A stretch of DNA of 64,000 bases from Reclinomonas americana ATCC 50394. Lineage: Eukaryota. The stretch's first letter is position 1. Each line of letters opens with the position of its first letter. Positions 1 to 11,380 of the stretch are shown piece after piece. Both the position numbers and the translations under genes were made by a program. Location: the NCBI GenBank assembly GCA_048213135.1, contig PS015010.1:1488001-1552000 (forward strand), in the 5' to 3' direction. A model generated the notes under the pieces. It was given only the letters and a program-made list of their open reading frames with translations, did no database searches and was not told the DNA's origin.

Positions 1-1
1 C

Positions 2-805
2 AGTGTTACCAACCCGCACGCCAAGGCCAATTTCGACGCGTTGAAATATGCCAAAGAAAATAATGTACCGGTAAATGTACGCCTGTCTGAAAGTGCCAGC
101 GACCGTATTGATGTCATTATTCCTTCCACCACTGAACAAAGAGCCGGTTTTAAAGCGGATATGGCAAAAAGAGAAATGGCCACCCCGGTACCGTCTCCCG
201 AAGAAGTGGCCGCCCAGGGAACCAATAACCTGGTAGGCGTAATCCCCAATGTGGCCACACTCAATACCATTTTTAATAAGATAAAAGACCAATGCTGCAA
301 ATCGCCTGGCCCGTATACCTACGGACAATGTGTTCCCTTCCAGTTTGTAGCCGATGGCTGCTATGCACGGGCGCATAAAATGCGGCAAATCATTGAAAAT
401 TTTTACGGCTACACTTCGTACAAAGTATTTAACTACGCCTGCAATGGCAGCGGCACACTTTCCGTAAGCGCTACACTGTGGAACAACAACTGTTGTGTAA
501 ACTGGTGGTACCATGTGGCCTCCTATGTTTATGTACAGGTGGGCAGTTCACAAGTGGCTTACCTGATCGACCCTGCCATGTTCACCGGGCCGGTGAGCAT
601 CAGCTCATGGGTATCGGCACAAAAAAATGCAGGCTGTGGTTATAACGGCTCGGCACAGGGACAGGTATACTATACCAGTAATGCTTACGCCCCGTCCAGC
701 CTGAACACAGGTACCTGCACCCTGGTTCCGTTTGCCGACAATACCTATACAGCGGCCGATGCTACCTGCGCAAGTTATGCACCCAAACAAGGTTGCTTCT
801 TTTAA
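2..805 (+). CDS. protein-glutamine glutaminase (protein-glutaminase), 5' end outside window
   Basis: Frame open from base 2. Mature-domain-like start LVGVIPNVATLNTIFNKIKDQC, catalytic Cys motif DGCYARAHKMRQI, His in WWYHVA and Asp in IDP resemble Chryseobacterium protein-glutaminase. Confidence 0.85.
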   Translation, partial: SVTNPHAKANFDALKYAKENNVPVNVRLSESASDRIDVIIPSTTEQRAGFKADMAKREMATPVPSPEEVAAQGTNNLVGVIPNVATLNTIFNKIKDQCCKSPGPYTYGQCVPFQFVADGCYARAHKMRQIIENFYGYTSYKVFNYACNGSGTLSVSATLWNNNCCVNWWYHVASYVYVQVGSSQVAYLIDPAMFTGPVSISSWVSAQKNAGCGYNGSAQGQVYYTSNAYAPSSLNTGTCTLVPFADNTYTAADATCASYAPKQGCFF

Positions 806-860
806 TTGATTATCTCTGATTGTTCCGGTTACTGCAAAAATCAAACAAGAAATATGGTTG

Positions 861-892
861 AAAGGATGGCTGGAAACAGTCGTCCTTTTTTA
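861..892 (+). terminator. intrinsic terminator
   Basis: Hairpin aaaggatggctg-gaaa-cagtcgtcctttt followed by a T-run, downstream of the 805 stop. Confidence 0.7.
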
Positions 893-928
893 ATGACATC
901 CCCTCCGGTAAGGGTAACGCTATTATTA

Positions 929-964
929 ATAGATTTTAGCTATTGAAATATAGAATTAATCGAT
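929..964 (+). promoter_or_regulatory. OxyR-type (LysR) binding site upstream of katG
   Basis: ATAG-N7-CTAT-N6-ATAG-N7-CGAT, close to the OxyR ATAG-N7-CTAT-N7-ATAG-N7-CTAT consensus, about 90 bp before katG. Confidence 0.75.
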
Positions 965-990
965 TGTGATTATTATCAGCAATGTCATAA

Positions 991-3318
<2,328 letters not shown>

Positions 3319-3348
3319 TTAAAAAATTCATCAGGCAATAACAACAGG

Positions 3349-3379
3349 AAGGCACCTTTTACAGGTGCCTTTTATTTTT
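3349..3379 (+). terminator. intrinsic terminator of katG
   Basis: aaggcacct-tttac-aggtgcctt plus T-rich tail. Confidence 0.8.
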
Positions 3380-3484
3380 CCCCCGTCTTATCGTTTCTCT
3401 CTAAAAACAGGTATTTCCACCTGTAAATTCCTCAAAGCCGGTGGGTACGTTTATACATCCCTACACCCGATAAAATACCCTCAC

Positions 3485-6250
3485 ATGAAACAAGCCCTCT
3501 ACCGTGCCTTTTTATTAATGGTTATTTCCACCTGCACTTTTGCAACAGAAACGGCCGCCCAGGTAAAATCACCGGCACTTACTCCCATTGAGCAGGCCAT
3601 ACGCAAAGAACTCAGCATCCCCGCGAATGCCACACGGGTGGTCATCTTCAGCCACGATGCGCATATGGACTGGGACTGGCTCAATCCATTCCCTTACAAC
3701 CAAAACCAGAGTGGTACATCCTTTACTTATTACTTCAGCGGAACCCGGCAACCAGCCGACAGTATTTTGTCAATGGCCACGCAGAATTTATTATCACAGC
3801 CATCTTACTATTATTCCGTCTGTGAAATGGGATTCCTGCGGGGATTCGCCAACAATAAACCTTCACTTTTCAATTCAATGAAAAGCACGGGCAGGCTGGC
3901 GGTGGTGGGCGGCGGTATTACTTCTCCTGACAACCTGCTTCCCAACGGGGAAACCTTCCTCCGTGATTATCTCGTGGCCAACCAGTGGCTCAAACGGGTG
4001 AATGTACCCTGGTCGCAGCAGGCATGGTTGCCCGATGACTTCGGTCATGATCCGCAATTACCCGTAATGCTGCAGGCCATGGATGCCATGGGTGTGGGCT
4101 TTGCCAGGATACCCGGCGCCTGTAACGGTTTGCCGCAGGCTTATACCGCCGGGCAGCAAACCCTGCTGAACAGAACGACCGGTGGTGTTGATTTCAGGTG
4201 GGCAGCCGCCGACAGCAGCGAAACCGTAGCACATTGGTTACAGTCGCATTACAACCAGGGTGCCGACATCGATGCTGGCGGTAATGATTTTACCAGCCCC
4301 GAAAGTAACCTTGCCTGCAGCAAAACATACAACTCAACGGTGATCTCCCACATACAGGCTTATATCAACACCAACGGACTTGTATCGCCCACCCCTTACA
4401 TTTTTGTTGAGGTGAGCGATGACTTCATGACACCTTACCAGCAACTGGTCAGCAATGTCAATAAATGGAATACCGATCCTGCCGGGTATCCACGTACAGG
4501 TGTGTATGCGGTGGTGGCTACATTCGATCATTATATCCGTTTAATCAACCAGTACCCCGCCCAGTTGAGATTGCGTTCGTATAATGCACTGAGGCCCGGT
4601 ACTTCCTTCCAGCCCTTTCAGCCCAACCCCTATTGGATGGGGTACTATGCCAGCAGACCTGCATTAAAAACATTACATAATGAAGCCACACGAGGTTTAC
4701 TGGCAACAGAGATCTACCAGATCATCGCCAATACACTTATGCCCCCTTCCCTTGCTGAAAAGCAATCGCAAATACAAAACCTGCTCAACGCCTGGGATAC
4801 GCTGGCGCCCAGCACCCATCACGATTATATCACCGGCACTGCCATTGATGGCGTATACCAGTATGAACAACTGCCGCTACTGAACAAAGCGCTTGCTCTT
4901 GGTAACGGAATGAGGTCGCAGTTCATGACCAGTATCGTTTCCAATCTTTCTTCCACGCAGCCCGCCGTCGCGGTTTTTAACCCGCTTGGTTTCAGCAACA
5001 GCGGCGTGATCGAATACCAGCCCAGTCCCGGAAAGAGAATGCTGCTGAATGTGACCGCTCCCTCTCTTGGATACGCCATTAATGATCTTGCCGCAGCGCA
5101 ACGCGGAGACGGAAGCCTGAAAGCAGGCAGGGATGGAAAAGGAAACATCATCTTACAAAATACCGCACTCAGCGTTTATGTAAATATGACCACAGGAAAC
5201 CTGGTTGCTGTGACAGACAGGCTAAGTAACAGGCAGGTGTTGGCCGGTAATGGAAATGGCAATGGCAATGAGATCGTTTTTTACAATGATGGTGGCGATA
5301 TTTACCGGTTTGGTTATGAAGAGGACAACTGCACATTTAACGCGATGCAGGCCAGCTGGTCAGCTCCAACGATAACCCTGGATACCGCTACTGTCCTGGA
5401 AAAATCAGTGACCATAACAAAGACGGCCAAACTGCAGGATGGCAACCAGGGCACCTTTACTATTGTTTACAGCCTCAGGCAGGGAGAACCATTCCTGCGC
5501 ATCAGCACCACGGGTGCGGCACCGGGCAGTTACTCCGTAATGGTAAAATTTCCGCTCAACAGCAGCAGTATTGACAACATACAGGCAGGTACACCCTATC
5601 ACTGGAATTCACTTACACCCCTGAAATACGGTACTTATAACGACTTCAACTCTGCCATGTGGGCTACGCATGATTTCGTGATCCCACGCAACCAGGGACA
5701 AACCTTAGCTGCCATCTATCATGCATCCACACCCGCCTGGACTTCTGCCGGTAATAATCTTTATGGTGTTATCCTGCGCAATACACCTTATGGCTGCAAT
5801 AATTATGGCGCCAATGGGAGTGATAATGGCACACATACACAGGAATATGCACTGCGCATACCTACAGGGCTTCGCGAGCCCGCCAGCGGATTTCCGCTGA
5901 AAGAGGCACGTTACTTCAATACACCTATGGAAGCCCGGGAGGTTACTGCACGGAGCGGTGGAAGATTGCCTGCTGCATTTTCGCTGGCATCTACAAGCGG
6001 CAGCGCCATGATCACAGCGGCCAAATGGAATTACGATAATCCTAATGCTTTGATACTGCGGGTTTACCAGCCGGGCAATACAAGAACGAGCAGCACCATG
6101 AACCTGGCGCCGAATTTCACCAGGAGCAGTGCCGTTTCCGCGTTGGAACTGCCGCTGGTGAATGCGAAAGTGAGGCCAGCCATTACAAAATCAGGCCTAC
6201 AATATATTTTAACCCTTCCCAGGGCTTTATCCACTTTCAAAATTGAATAA
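3485..6250 (+). CDS. secreted glycoside hydrolase family 38 (alpha-mannosidase-like)
   Basis: Signal peptide from ATG 3485; HxD metal motif (AHMDWDW), WLPDDFGH nucleophile motif, HHDYITGT, VFNPL. Confidence 0.8.
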   Translation: MKQALYRAFLLMVISTCTFATETAAQVKSPALTPIEQAIRKELSIPANATRVVIFSHDAHMDWDWLNPFPYNQNQSGTSFTYYFSGTRQPADSILSMATQNLLSQPSYYYSVCEMGFLRGFANNKPSLFNSMKSTGRLAVVGGGITSPDNLLPNGETFLRDYLVANQWLKRVNVPWSQQAWLPDDFGHDPQLPVMLQAMDAMGVGFARIPGACNGLPQAYTAGQQTLLNRTTGGVDFRWAAADSSETVAHWLQSHYNQGADIDAGGNDFTSPESNLACSKTYNSTVISHIQAYINTNGLVSPTPYIFVEVSDDFMTPYQQLVSNVNKWNTDPAGYPRTGVYAVVATFDHYIRLINQYPAQLRLRSYNALRPGTSFQPFQPNPYWMGYYASRPALKTLHNEATRGLLATEIYQIIANTLMPPSLAEKQSQIQNLLNAWDTLAPSTHHDYITGTAIDGVYQYEQLPLLNKALALGNGMRSQFMTSIVSNLSSTQPAVAVFNPLGFSNSGVIEYQPSPGKRMLLNVTAPSLGYAINDLAAAQRGDGSLKAGRDGKGNIILQNTALSVYVNMTTGNLVAVTDRLSNRQVLAGNGNGNGNEIVFYNDGGDIYRFGYEEDNCTFNAMQASWSAPTITLDTATVLEKSVTITKTAKLQDGNQGTFTIVYSLRQGEPFLRISTTGAAPGSYSVMVKFPLNSSSIDNIQAGTPYHWNSLTPLKYGTYNDFNSAMWATHDFVIPRNQGQTLAAIYHASTPAWTSAGNNLYGVILRNTPYGCNNYGANGSDNGTHTQEYALRIPTGLREPASGFPLKEARYFNTPMEAREVTARSGGRLPAAFSLASTSGSAMITAAKWNYDNPNALILRVYQPGNTRTSSTMNLAPNFTRSSAVSALELPLVNAKVRPAITKSGLQYILTLPRALSTFKIE

Positions 6251-6299
6251 ACCCGGGCACAACGTAAGTAAAATTTATCATTCAATAAATAACCACAGT

Positions 6300-7823
6300 A
6301 TGACAAACTCCGATAACAGTAAGATCGAACACGTAATCGTGATCATGTTTGAGAACAGGTCTTTTGATCACATGCTTGGCGCATTCCCCGGCGCGAACGG
6401 TGTATTGCTTCCCGGCGGCGAAGTAAACCCGGATTTTTTCAATACCATGTCACCCACCAGCCCACCCGATCCGCAAACCAATCCAATGACGTTTCCTGCC
6501 CCCATCGACCTGTCCGGGCAAAGCGGGCTAAGCCACGATTTCAACCATGATTTCGGCGATGGCATGATGCCCGATCTTTTTGGTCCGGGTTGCACGGGTT
6601 ATGTGAATGGCATACCGCTCAACGCACCCGTTACTACCTATCCCGCCACCAACAGCGGCTTTCTTTCAACCATTGATTATAATGTAAACGGATATCCGAA
6701 CAACGGACCAAGCGCGATGTATTTTTTTGAGAATGGCGCACTGAAAGTATTTCATAAGCTGGCATCCGAATTTGTGGTATGCGATAACTGGCACTGCGAC
6801 ATGCCCGGTCATACCATGCCCAACAGGGCTTTCATGCATTGTGCCACTACCGGTGATGCCGGGATAATTGACAATGACATTGGCTTCATCACTTCACCCA
6901 CCATCTTCGGCCAGATCGAAAATAACGGGCATGGCTGGAAAATGTACAGCCCCGGCGGACAGGTCGATGCCAGCTGGATACAGGAGATACAATCCAATCC
7001 CAACAGCAATGTTCCTATTGCAGACTTTTGCAATGACCTGCAGAACGGGACACTGCCTTTCTATAGTTTTATCCTGTGCTGGTGCACACCTGGCACTCCC
7101 GATGTCAGTATGCATCCCGCATCTACAGTTCAGGCCGGTGAAAATTATCTTGCCGCGGTTTACAATGCGTTACGCAACAGCCAATATTGGAAGAACACTT
7201 TGCTGGTCGTGAACTTCGATGAGAACGGAGGCATGTATGATCATGTACCGCCACCATCCGCAGTACCTCCTCTTGCGTCAGCGCCAGTATATAATGACTA
7301 TGACAGTGCAAGCGGCACCTCCTGTTCATTCGATTTTTCGTTGCTGGGTGTTCGTATCCCTGTGTTGCTCATATCGCCCTGGCTGAGCAAGGGAATAGAT
7401 TCTTCACCATACCAGAACACTTCCGTTCTCAGGTATATCCAGGATAAGATATCCGAACCCGGGCAGCCGCAACTGTATCTCACCCAACGCGATAAAAACG
7501 CGACCAGCATTGCTGCCGTATTTGAACAATTCGGCCTTGATAAGCCACGGACGGATTGCCCGGAACATATAGAAGGTTATAAGGGTATCAGCGGGGGTGA
7601 CATCTGTAACCCGCAGGCCTTTGTACCTACAGCAGAACAACTGCAGCAGCCACCTTTACCACACCTGGTCGCCATTGCAAAAGAATACCTGGGTGGTTTA
7701 CCGGGCCATCCCGATAGCGGCAAAACCATTACCCGAACCTTTGCTACCAATGCGGAATTGATCGACTACACCAATGAAAGAGCCGCGGCTTCCATTCAGT
7801 ATGCCGCAGCCAATAAAAAATGA
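6300..7823 (+). CDS. phosphoesterase / phospholipase C family protein (copy 1)
   Basis: IEHVIVIMFENRSFDHMLG, VCDNWH, GHTMPNR, FDENGGMYDHVPPP, LGVRIP..LISPW. Confidence 0.9.
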   Translation: MTNSDNSKIEHVIVIMFENRSFDHMLGAFPGANGVLLPGGEVNPDFFNTMSPTSPPDPQTNPMTFPAPIDLSGQSGLSHDFNHDFGDGMMPDLFGPGCTGYVNGIPLNAPVTTYPATNSGFLSTIDYNVNGYPNNGPSAMYFFENGALKVFHKLASEFVVCDNWHCDMPGHTMPNRAFMHCATTGDAGIIDNDIGFITSPTIFGQIENNGHGWKMYSPGGQVDASWIQEIQSNPNSNVPIADFCNDLQNGTLPFYSFILCWCTPGTPDVSMHPASTVQAGENYLAAVYNALRNSQYWKNTLLVVNFDENGGMYDHVPPPSAVPPLASAPVYNDYDSASGTSCSFDFSLLGVRIPVLLISPWLSKGIDSSPYQNTSVLRYIQDKISEPGQPQLYLTQRDKNATSIAAVFEQFGLDKPRTDCPEHIEGYKGISGGDICNPQAFVPTAEQLQQPPLPHLVAIAKEYLGGLPGHPDSGKTITRTFATNAELIDYTNERAAASIQYAAANKK

Positions 7824-7833
7824 AAACAAGATC

Positions 7834-9351
7834 ATGAAAAAACAAATTGATGGAAAGATCAAACATATCGTAGTACTTATGTTTGAGAACAGGTCCTTCG
7901 ACCATATGCTTGGCGCATTCCCCGGCGCGAACGGTGTATTGCTTCCCGGCGGCGAAGTAAACCCGGATTTTTTCAATACCATGTCACCCACTAACCCGCC
8001 CGACCCGGTATCGAATCCTCCTCTTTCTCCAACACCAATCGATCTCTCCGGCCAAAGTGGCCTGGCCCACGATTTCAACCATGATTTTGGCGATGGCATG
8101 ATGCCCGATCTTTTTGGACCAGGTTGCACAGGTTATGTGAAAGGCACACCCGTAAATGCACCCGCAGTCACCTACCCGGCAACGAACAGTGGCTTTCTGT
8201 CAACGATTGCTTATAATGTTGATAACGATCCGCCCAACGGCCCGAGCGTGATGTATTTTTTTGAGAATGATTCATTGAAAGTATTTCACCAGTTGGCGTC
8301 TGAATTTGTAGTCTGCGATAACTGGCATTGCGATCTGCCGGGCCACACCAAACCCAACAGGTGCTTCATGCATTGTGCAACCACCGGCAGTATGGGCATA
8401 GATGATGATAATGCCGGAACGGAAACCACGAAAACGATCTTTAACCAGATCGAACAAATGGGGTACGACTGGAAAATGTATACACCCGGCGGCTGGCTCG
8501 ATTCTACTTTCCTGGAAGACATCATCAACGACCCCAATGGCAATGTTCCTATCTCGCAGTTCTGTACCGATCTTCAAAACGGCCAGCTGCCCTTTTACAG
8601 TTTCCTGATGTGCGGGTTAGGCGCCTCTCCCGATACCAGTATGCATCCCGCCAACAGGGTGGAGCCCGGTGAAAATTTCCTGGCAGCCGTTTACAACGCG
8701 TTGCGCAACAGCTCCTATTGGGAAGACACACTGCTGGTGATCAATTTTGATGAGAATGGTGGCATTTATGATCATGTTATGCCACCTCAAACCGTTGCTC
8801 CCGATCCCGCACAGCCTGTTTATTACGGTACGAACAATAACAGAACCGAGTCCAGTTTTGATTTCTCGCTGCTGGGCATCAGGATACCTGCGATACTTAT
8901 TTCACCCTGGCTTTCCAAAGGCGTGGATTCTTCATTATACCAGAACACGTCCGTACTCCGGTATATACAGGACCTGATTGCTGCACCAACAGATCTTTTC
9001 CTCAGCCTCACGCAACGCGACGCGAAAGCAGCCAGCATCGCCGGGGTTTTTGATTCCTTGGGCACATCCGTCCCGCGTACGGATTGCCCTGTAAACATTG
9101 AAGGATACCCGGGTTTTGGCGGCGGAAATATCTGCGATCCCGGCGCATTTGAACCATCGGAAGAATACCTTCAACAGGCCCCACTAACCTATATGCTTTC
9201 ACTCGCGAAAGAATACATCGGAAGTTTACCGGGGCATGCCGACAGTGGAAAACCTTTCAACAAAACCTTTGCCACCAATGCGGAATTGCAGGCGTATGCA
9301 AATGAAAGGATTGAAGCAGCGAAGCAGTTTGTTTTGAAGAAGAAGAAATAA
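7834..9351 (+). CDS. phosphoesterase / phospholipase C family protein (copy 2)
   Basis: Same motifs (ENRSFDHMLG, GHTKPNR, FDENGGIYDHV); full-length paralogue of the preceding gene. Confidence 0.9.
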   Translation: MKKQIDGKIKHIVVLMFENRSFDHMLGAFPGANGVLLPGGEVNPDFFNTMSPTNPPDPVSNPPLSPTPIDLSGQSGLAHDFNHDFGDGMMPDLFGPGCTGYVKGTPVNAPAVTYPATNSGFLSTIAYNVDNDPPNGPSVMYFFENDSLKVFHQLASEFVVCDNWHCDLPGHTKPNRCFMHCATTGSMGIDDDNAGTETTKTIFNQIEQMGYDWKMYTPGGWLDSTFLEDIINDPNGNVPISQFCTDLQNGQLPFYSFLMCGLGASPDTSMHPANRVEPGENFLAAVYNALRNSSYWEDTLLVINFDENGGIYDHVMPPQTVAPDPAQPVYYGTNNNRTESSFDFSLLGIRIPAILISPWLSKGVDSSLYQNTSVLRYIQDLIAAPTDLFLSLTQRDAKAASIAGVFDSLGTSVPRTDCPVNIEGYPGFGGGNICDPGAFEPSEEYLQQAPLTYMLSLAKEYIGSLPGHADSGKPFNKTFATNAELQAYANERIEAAKQFVLKKKK

Positions 9352-9532
9352 AAAGGAGGATCACACTCTCCTGTTTTAAGCCAGTAACCGGATAACAGTA
9401 TTAAATATCGTCATTCCTCACCCAAAACAATGGGATGGGCGGCATCACACAGGCTGCGCATAAAAATCATGTTTTTTAGTGATTGCTTCACTTTGCCTTC
9501 TCTTCTACTTTTATCGCACTAAATTATTGACA

Positions 9533-10597
9533 ATGAAAAAAACAGGCTTTGCCATAACAGGCATTTGCTTTTTATTGATGATCATGAGTTGCACCGGTAC
9601 TGCCCAGAAACAGACGTTCGATCTTGTCTCCTACACATTGCCCAAAGGCTGGCAGCAACAAAAGCAGGAAGGCGGAATGCAGTTATCCGTTACAGATAAA
9701 AAAACCGGGGCTTATGCCGTAGCGGTGATCACTAAGGCTATTACTTCGACTTCATCGGCCGGCGAAAATTTCAACGCGGACTGGGCAAAACTGGTGAAAG
9801 GCACTGTCAATGCAGACAGCGACCCCACTATGACGGAACCTTCAAAGGATAAAGGCTGGGACATTATTTCCGGCAATGCAAATTATACCGATGGCACCAG
9901 TAAGGGGCTGGTCACTTTAATAACCGCATCCGGTTATGGTCAGACGACCAGCGTTGTACTGATGACGAATTCACAACAATACCAGGATGACCTGCTTGCA
10001 CTGATCAATTCACTGGACATGGCATCCTCGCCCAAAAGTGCAGCCGGTAATACTACCACAACAACTTTGCCGGGCACCAATCCTTCTTCCCTCTCAGGCT
10101 TATGGGTAGATTACAAAGTGGAGAGCAGTGGTTACGTAAGTGGTATGCCAATGGTTACTGCCGGGTATTTCAGGAAAGAATACAATTTATACCCCGACGG
10201 CAGGTACATGTACCGGGCAAAGAACTGGTCCGTTTTGCAAAAGGAAATATTATTCGTTTATGAAACAGGTACCTGGAAAGTGAATGGCAACCAACTTACC
10301 ATTACCCCCAAACAAGGTAAGGGAGAATGGTGGAGTAAATCCGCAAGCGGCAGAACCAGTGAGTGGGGCAGCAGGGCAAAAGCGGCAGACTACCCGCTGG
10401 AAACTGTTACCTATACTTATGATCTACATTATTATTCCGGTTCAAAAGATACTGCTCTTATACTGAAGGGCAACAGCGCTACAGAACGCGATGGCCGCAG
10501 CAACAGCAACAACCAGGCAAACAGCTGGAGTTACAGTCCCCGTGCTGCTGGCAAATCACTAATTGATAATCCGCCTGGGTTTAAGGCTGGCTTTTAG
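9533..10597 (+). CDS. exported hypothetical protein (possible lipoprotein)
   Basis: MKK + hydrophobic stretch ending IMSC; two domains joined by a Thr/Ser linker; followed by a hairpin terminator. Confidence 0.75.
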   Translation: MKKTGFAITGICFLLMIMSCTGTAQKQTFDLVSYTLPKGWQQQKQEGGMQLSVTDKKTGAYAVAVITKAITSTSSAGENFNADWAKLVKGTVNADSDPTMTEPSKDKGWDIISGNANYTDGTSKGLVTLITASGYGQTTSVVLMTNSQQYQDDLLALINSLDMASSPKSAAGNTTTTTLPGTNPSSLSGLWVDYKVESSGYVSGMPMVTAGYFRKEYNLYPDGRYMYRAKNWSVLQKEILFVYETGTWKVNGNQLTITPKQGKGEWWSKSASGRTSEWGSRAKAADYPLETVTYTYDLHYYSGSKDTALILKGNSATERDGRSNSNNQANSWSYSPRAAGKSLIDNPPGFKAGF

Positions 10598-10625
10598 AAA
10601 GTAGATTTCAATTTCCGAAAAAAAT

Positions 10626-10660
10626 AAAAAAGCCTCTGAATATCCAGAGGCTTTTTGTGA
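10626..10660. terminator. bidirectional hairpin; near copy of the hairpin at the tRNA-Lys 3' end (likely left island boundary)
   Basis: aaaaaa-gcctctg-aatatc-cagaggc-ttttt-gtga, versus aaaaac-gcctctg-gaatatt-cagaggc-gttttc-gtga at 17357-17393. Confidence 0.75.
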
Positions 10661-10779
10661 ATCATATGACAGTAACCGGCCATTGGTACAAATGCTGCAA
10701 GTAATAGGGGAAAAATCCCCTTGTCTTACAGGATTATTCCCCCCGCTCTATTTAGTAGTTTTATCCAATATTCCTTTTC

Positions 10780-11370
10780 ATGAGTAACATAAAAATATTC
10801 ATCGCTTCTTCAGCAGAATTGGAGGAAGACCGTAAGGCAAGTGCTTTGCTGATCGATGAGTTAAACAAAACCTATCCCCTATTAAATCTCGAACATGTAA
10901 CATACGAGTTAGATACGCCCTCAGGAAATGCCCCAGCGCATAAAGATTTACAGGATGCCATTAATACTAAACTATACGAATCGGAGGTAGTAATATTCCT
11001 ATTCTATACAAAACTTGGAAAATATACACTACAGGAACTGGACGTAGCATTGGACCGGAAGAAAAAAGTTTTTGTCTACTTCAAAAATGGGTTTACACCC
11101 AGGAACAATGAAGAAGAAGAAAAATATAATGACCTGATAGCCCTTAGAAAGAGATTCAATGAGGAGGGTAAGATAAGATGCCAGGATTATAATGACACAA
11201 AGGAGTACTATGGCAAACTCCTTATGGACCTGCATAAATATATATCTGGAACACATAAAGCCGCGCTGGATATACCCGGAATGAAAATGGCAGTAAAAAA
11301 CGGAGGCGATGGGAATATCACTCTTATCGAGTCCAAAGTCGAAAATATAAATTCACAAATAAGAAAATAA
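10780..11370 (+). CDS. DUF4062 / TIR-like (nucleoside deoxyribosyltransferase-fold) domain protein
   Basis: IKIFIASSAELEEDR ... QDAIN..LYESEVVIFLFYTKLGKYTLQELDVA ... VFVYFK pattern; low-complexity N/G/I C-tail. Confidence 0.7.
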   Translation: MSNIKIFIASSAELEEDRKASALLIDELNKTYPLLNLEHVTYELDTPSGNAPAHKDLQDAINTKLYESEVVIFLFYTKLGKYTLQELDVALDRKKKVFVYFKNGFTPRNNEEEEKYNDLIALRKRFNEEGKIRCQDYNDTKEYYGKLLMDLHKYISGTHKAALDIPGMKMAVKNGGDGNITLIESKVENINSQIRK

Positions 11371-11380
11371 GCCAGGTAAA

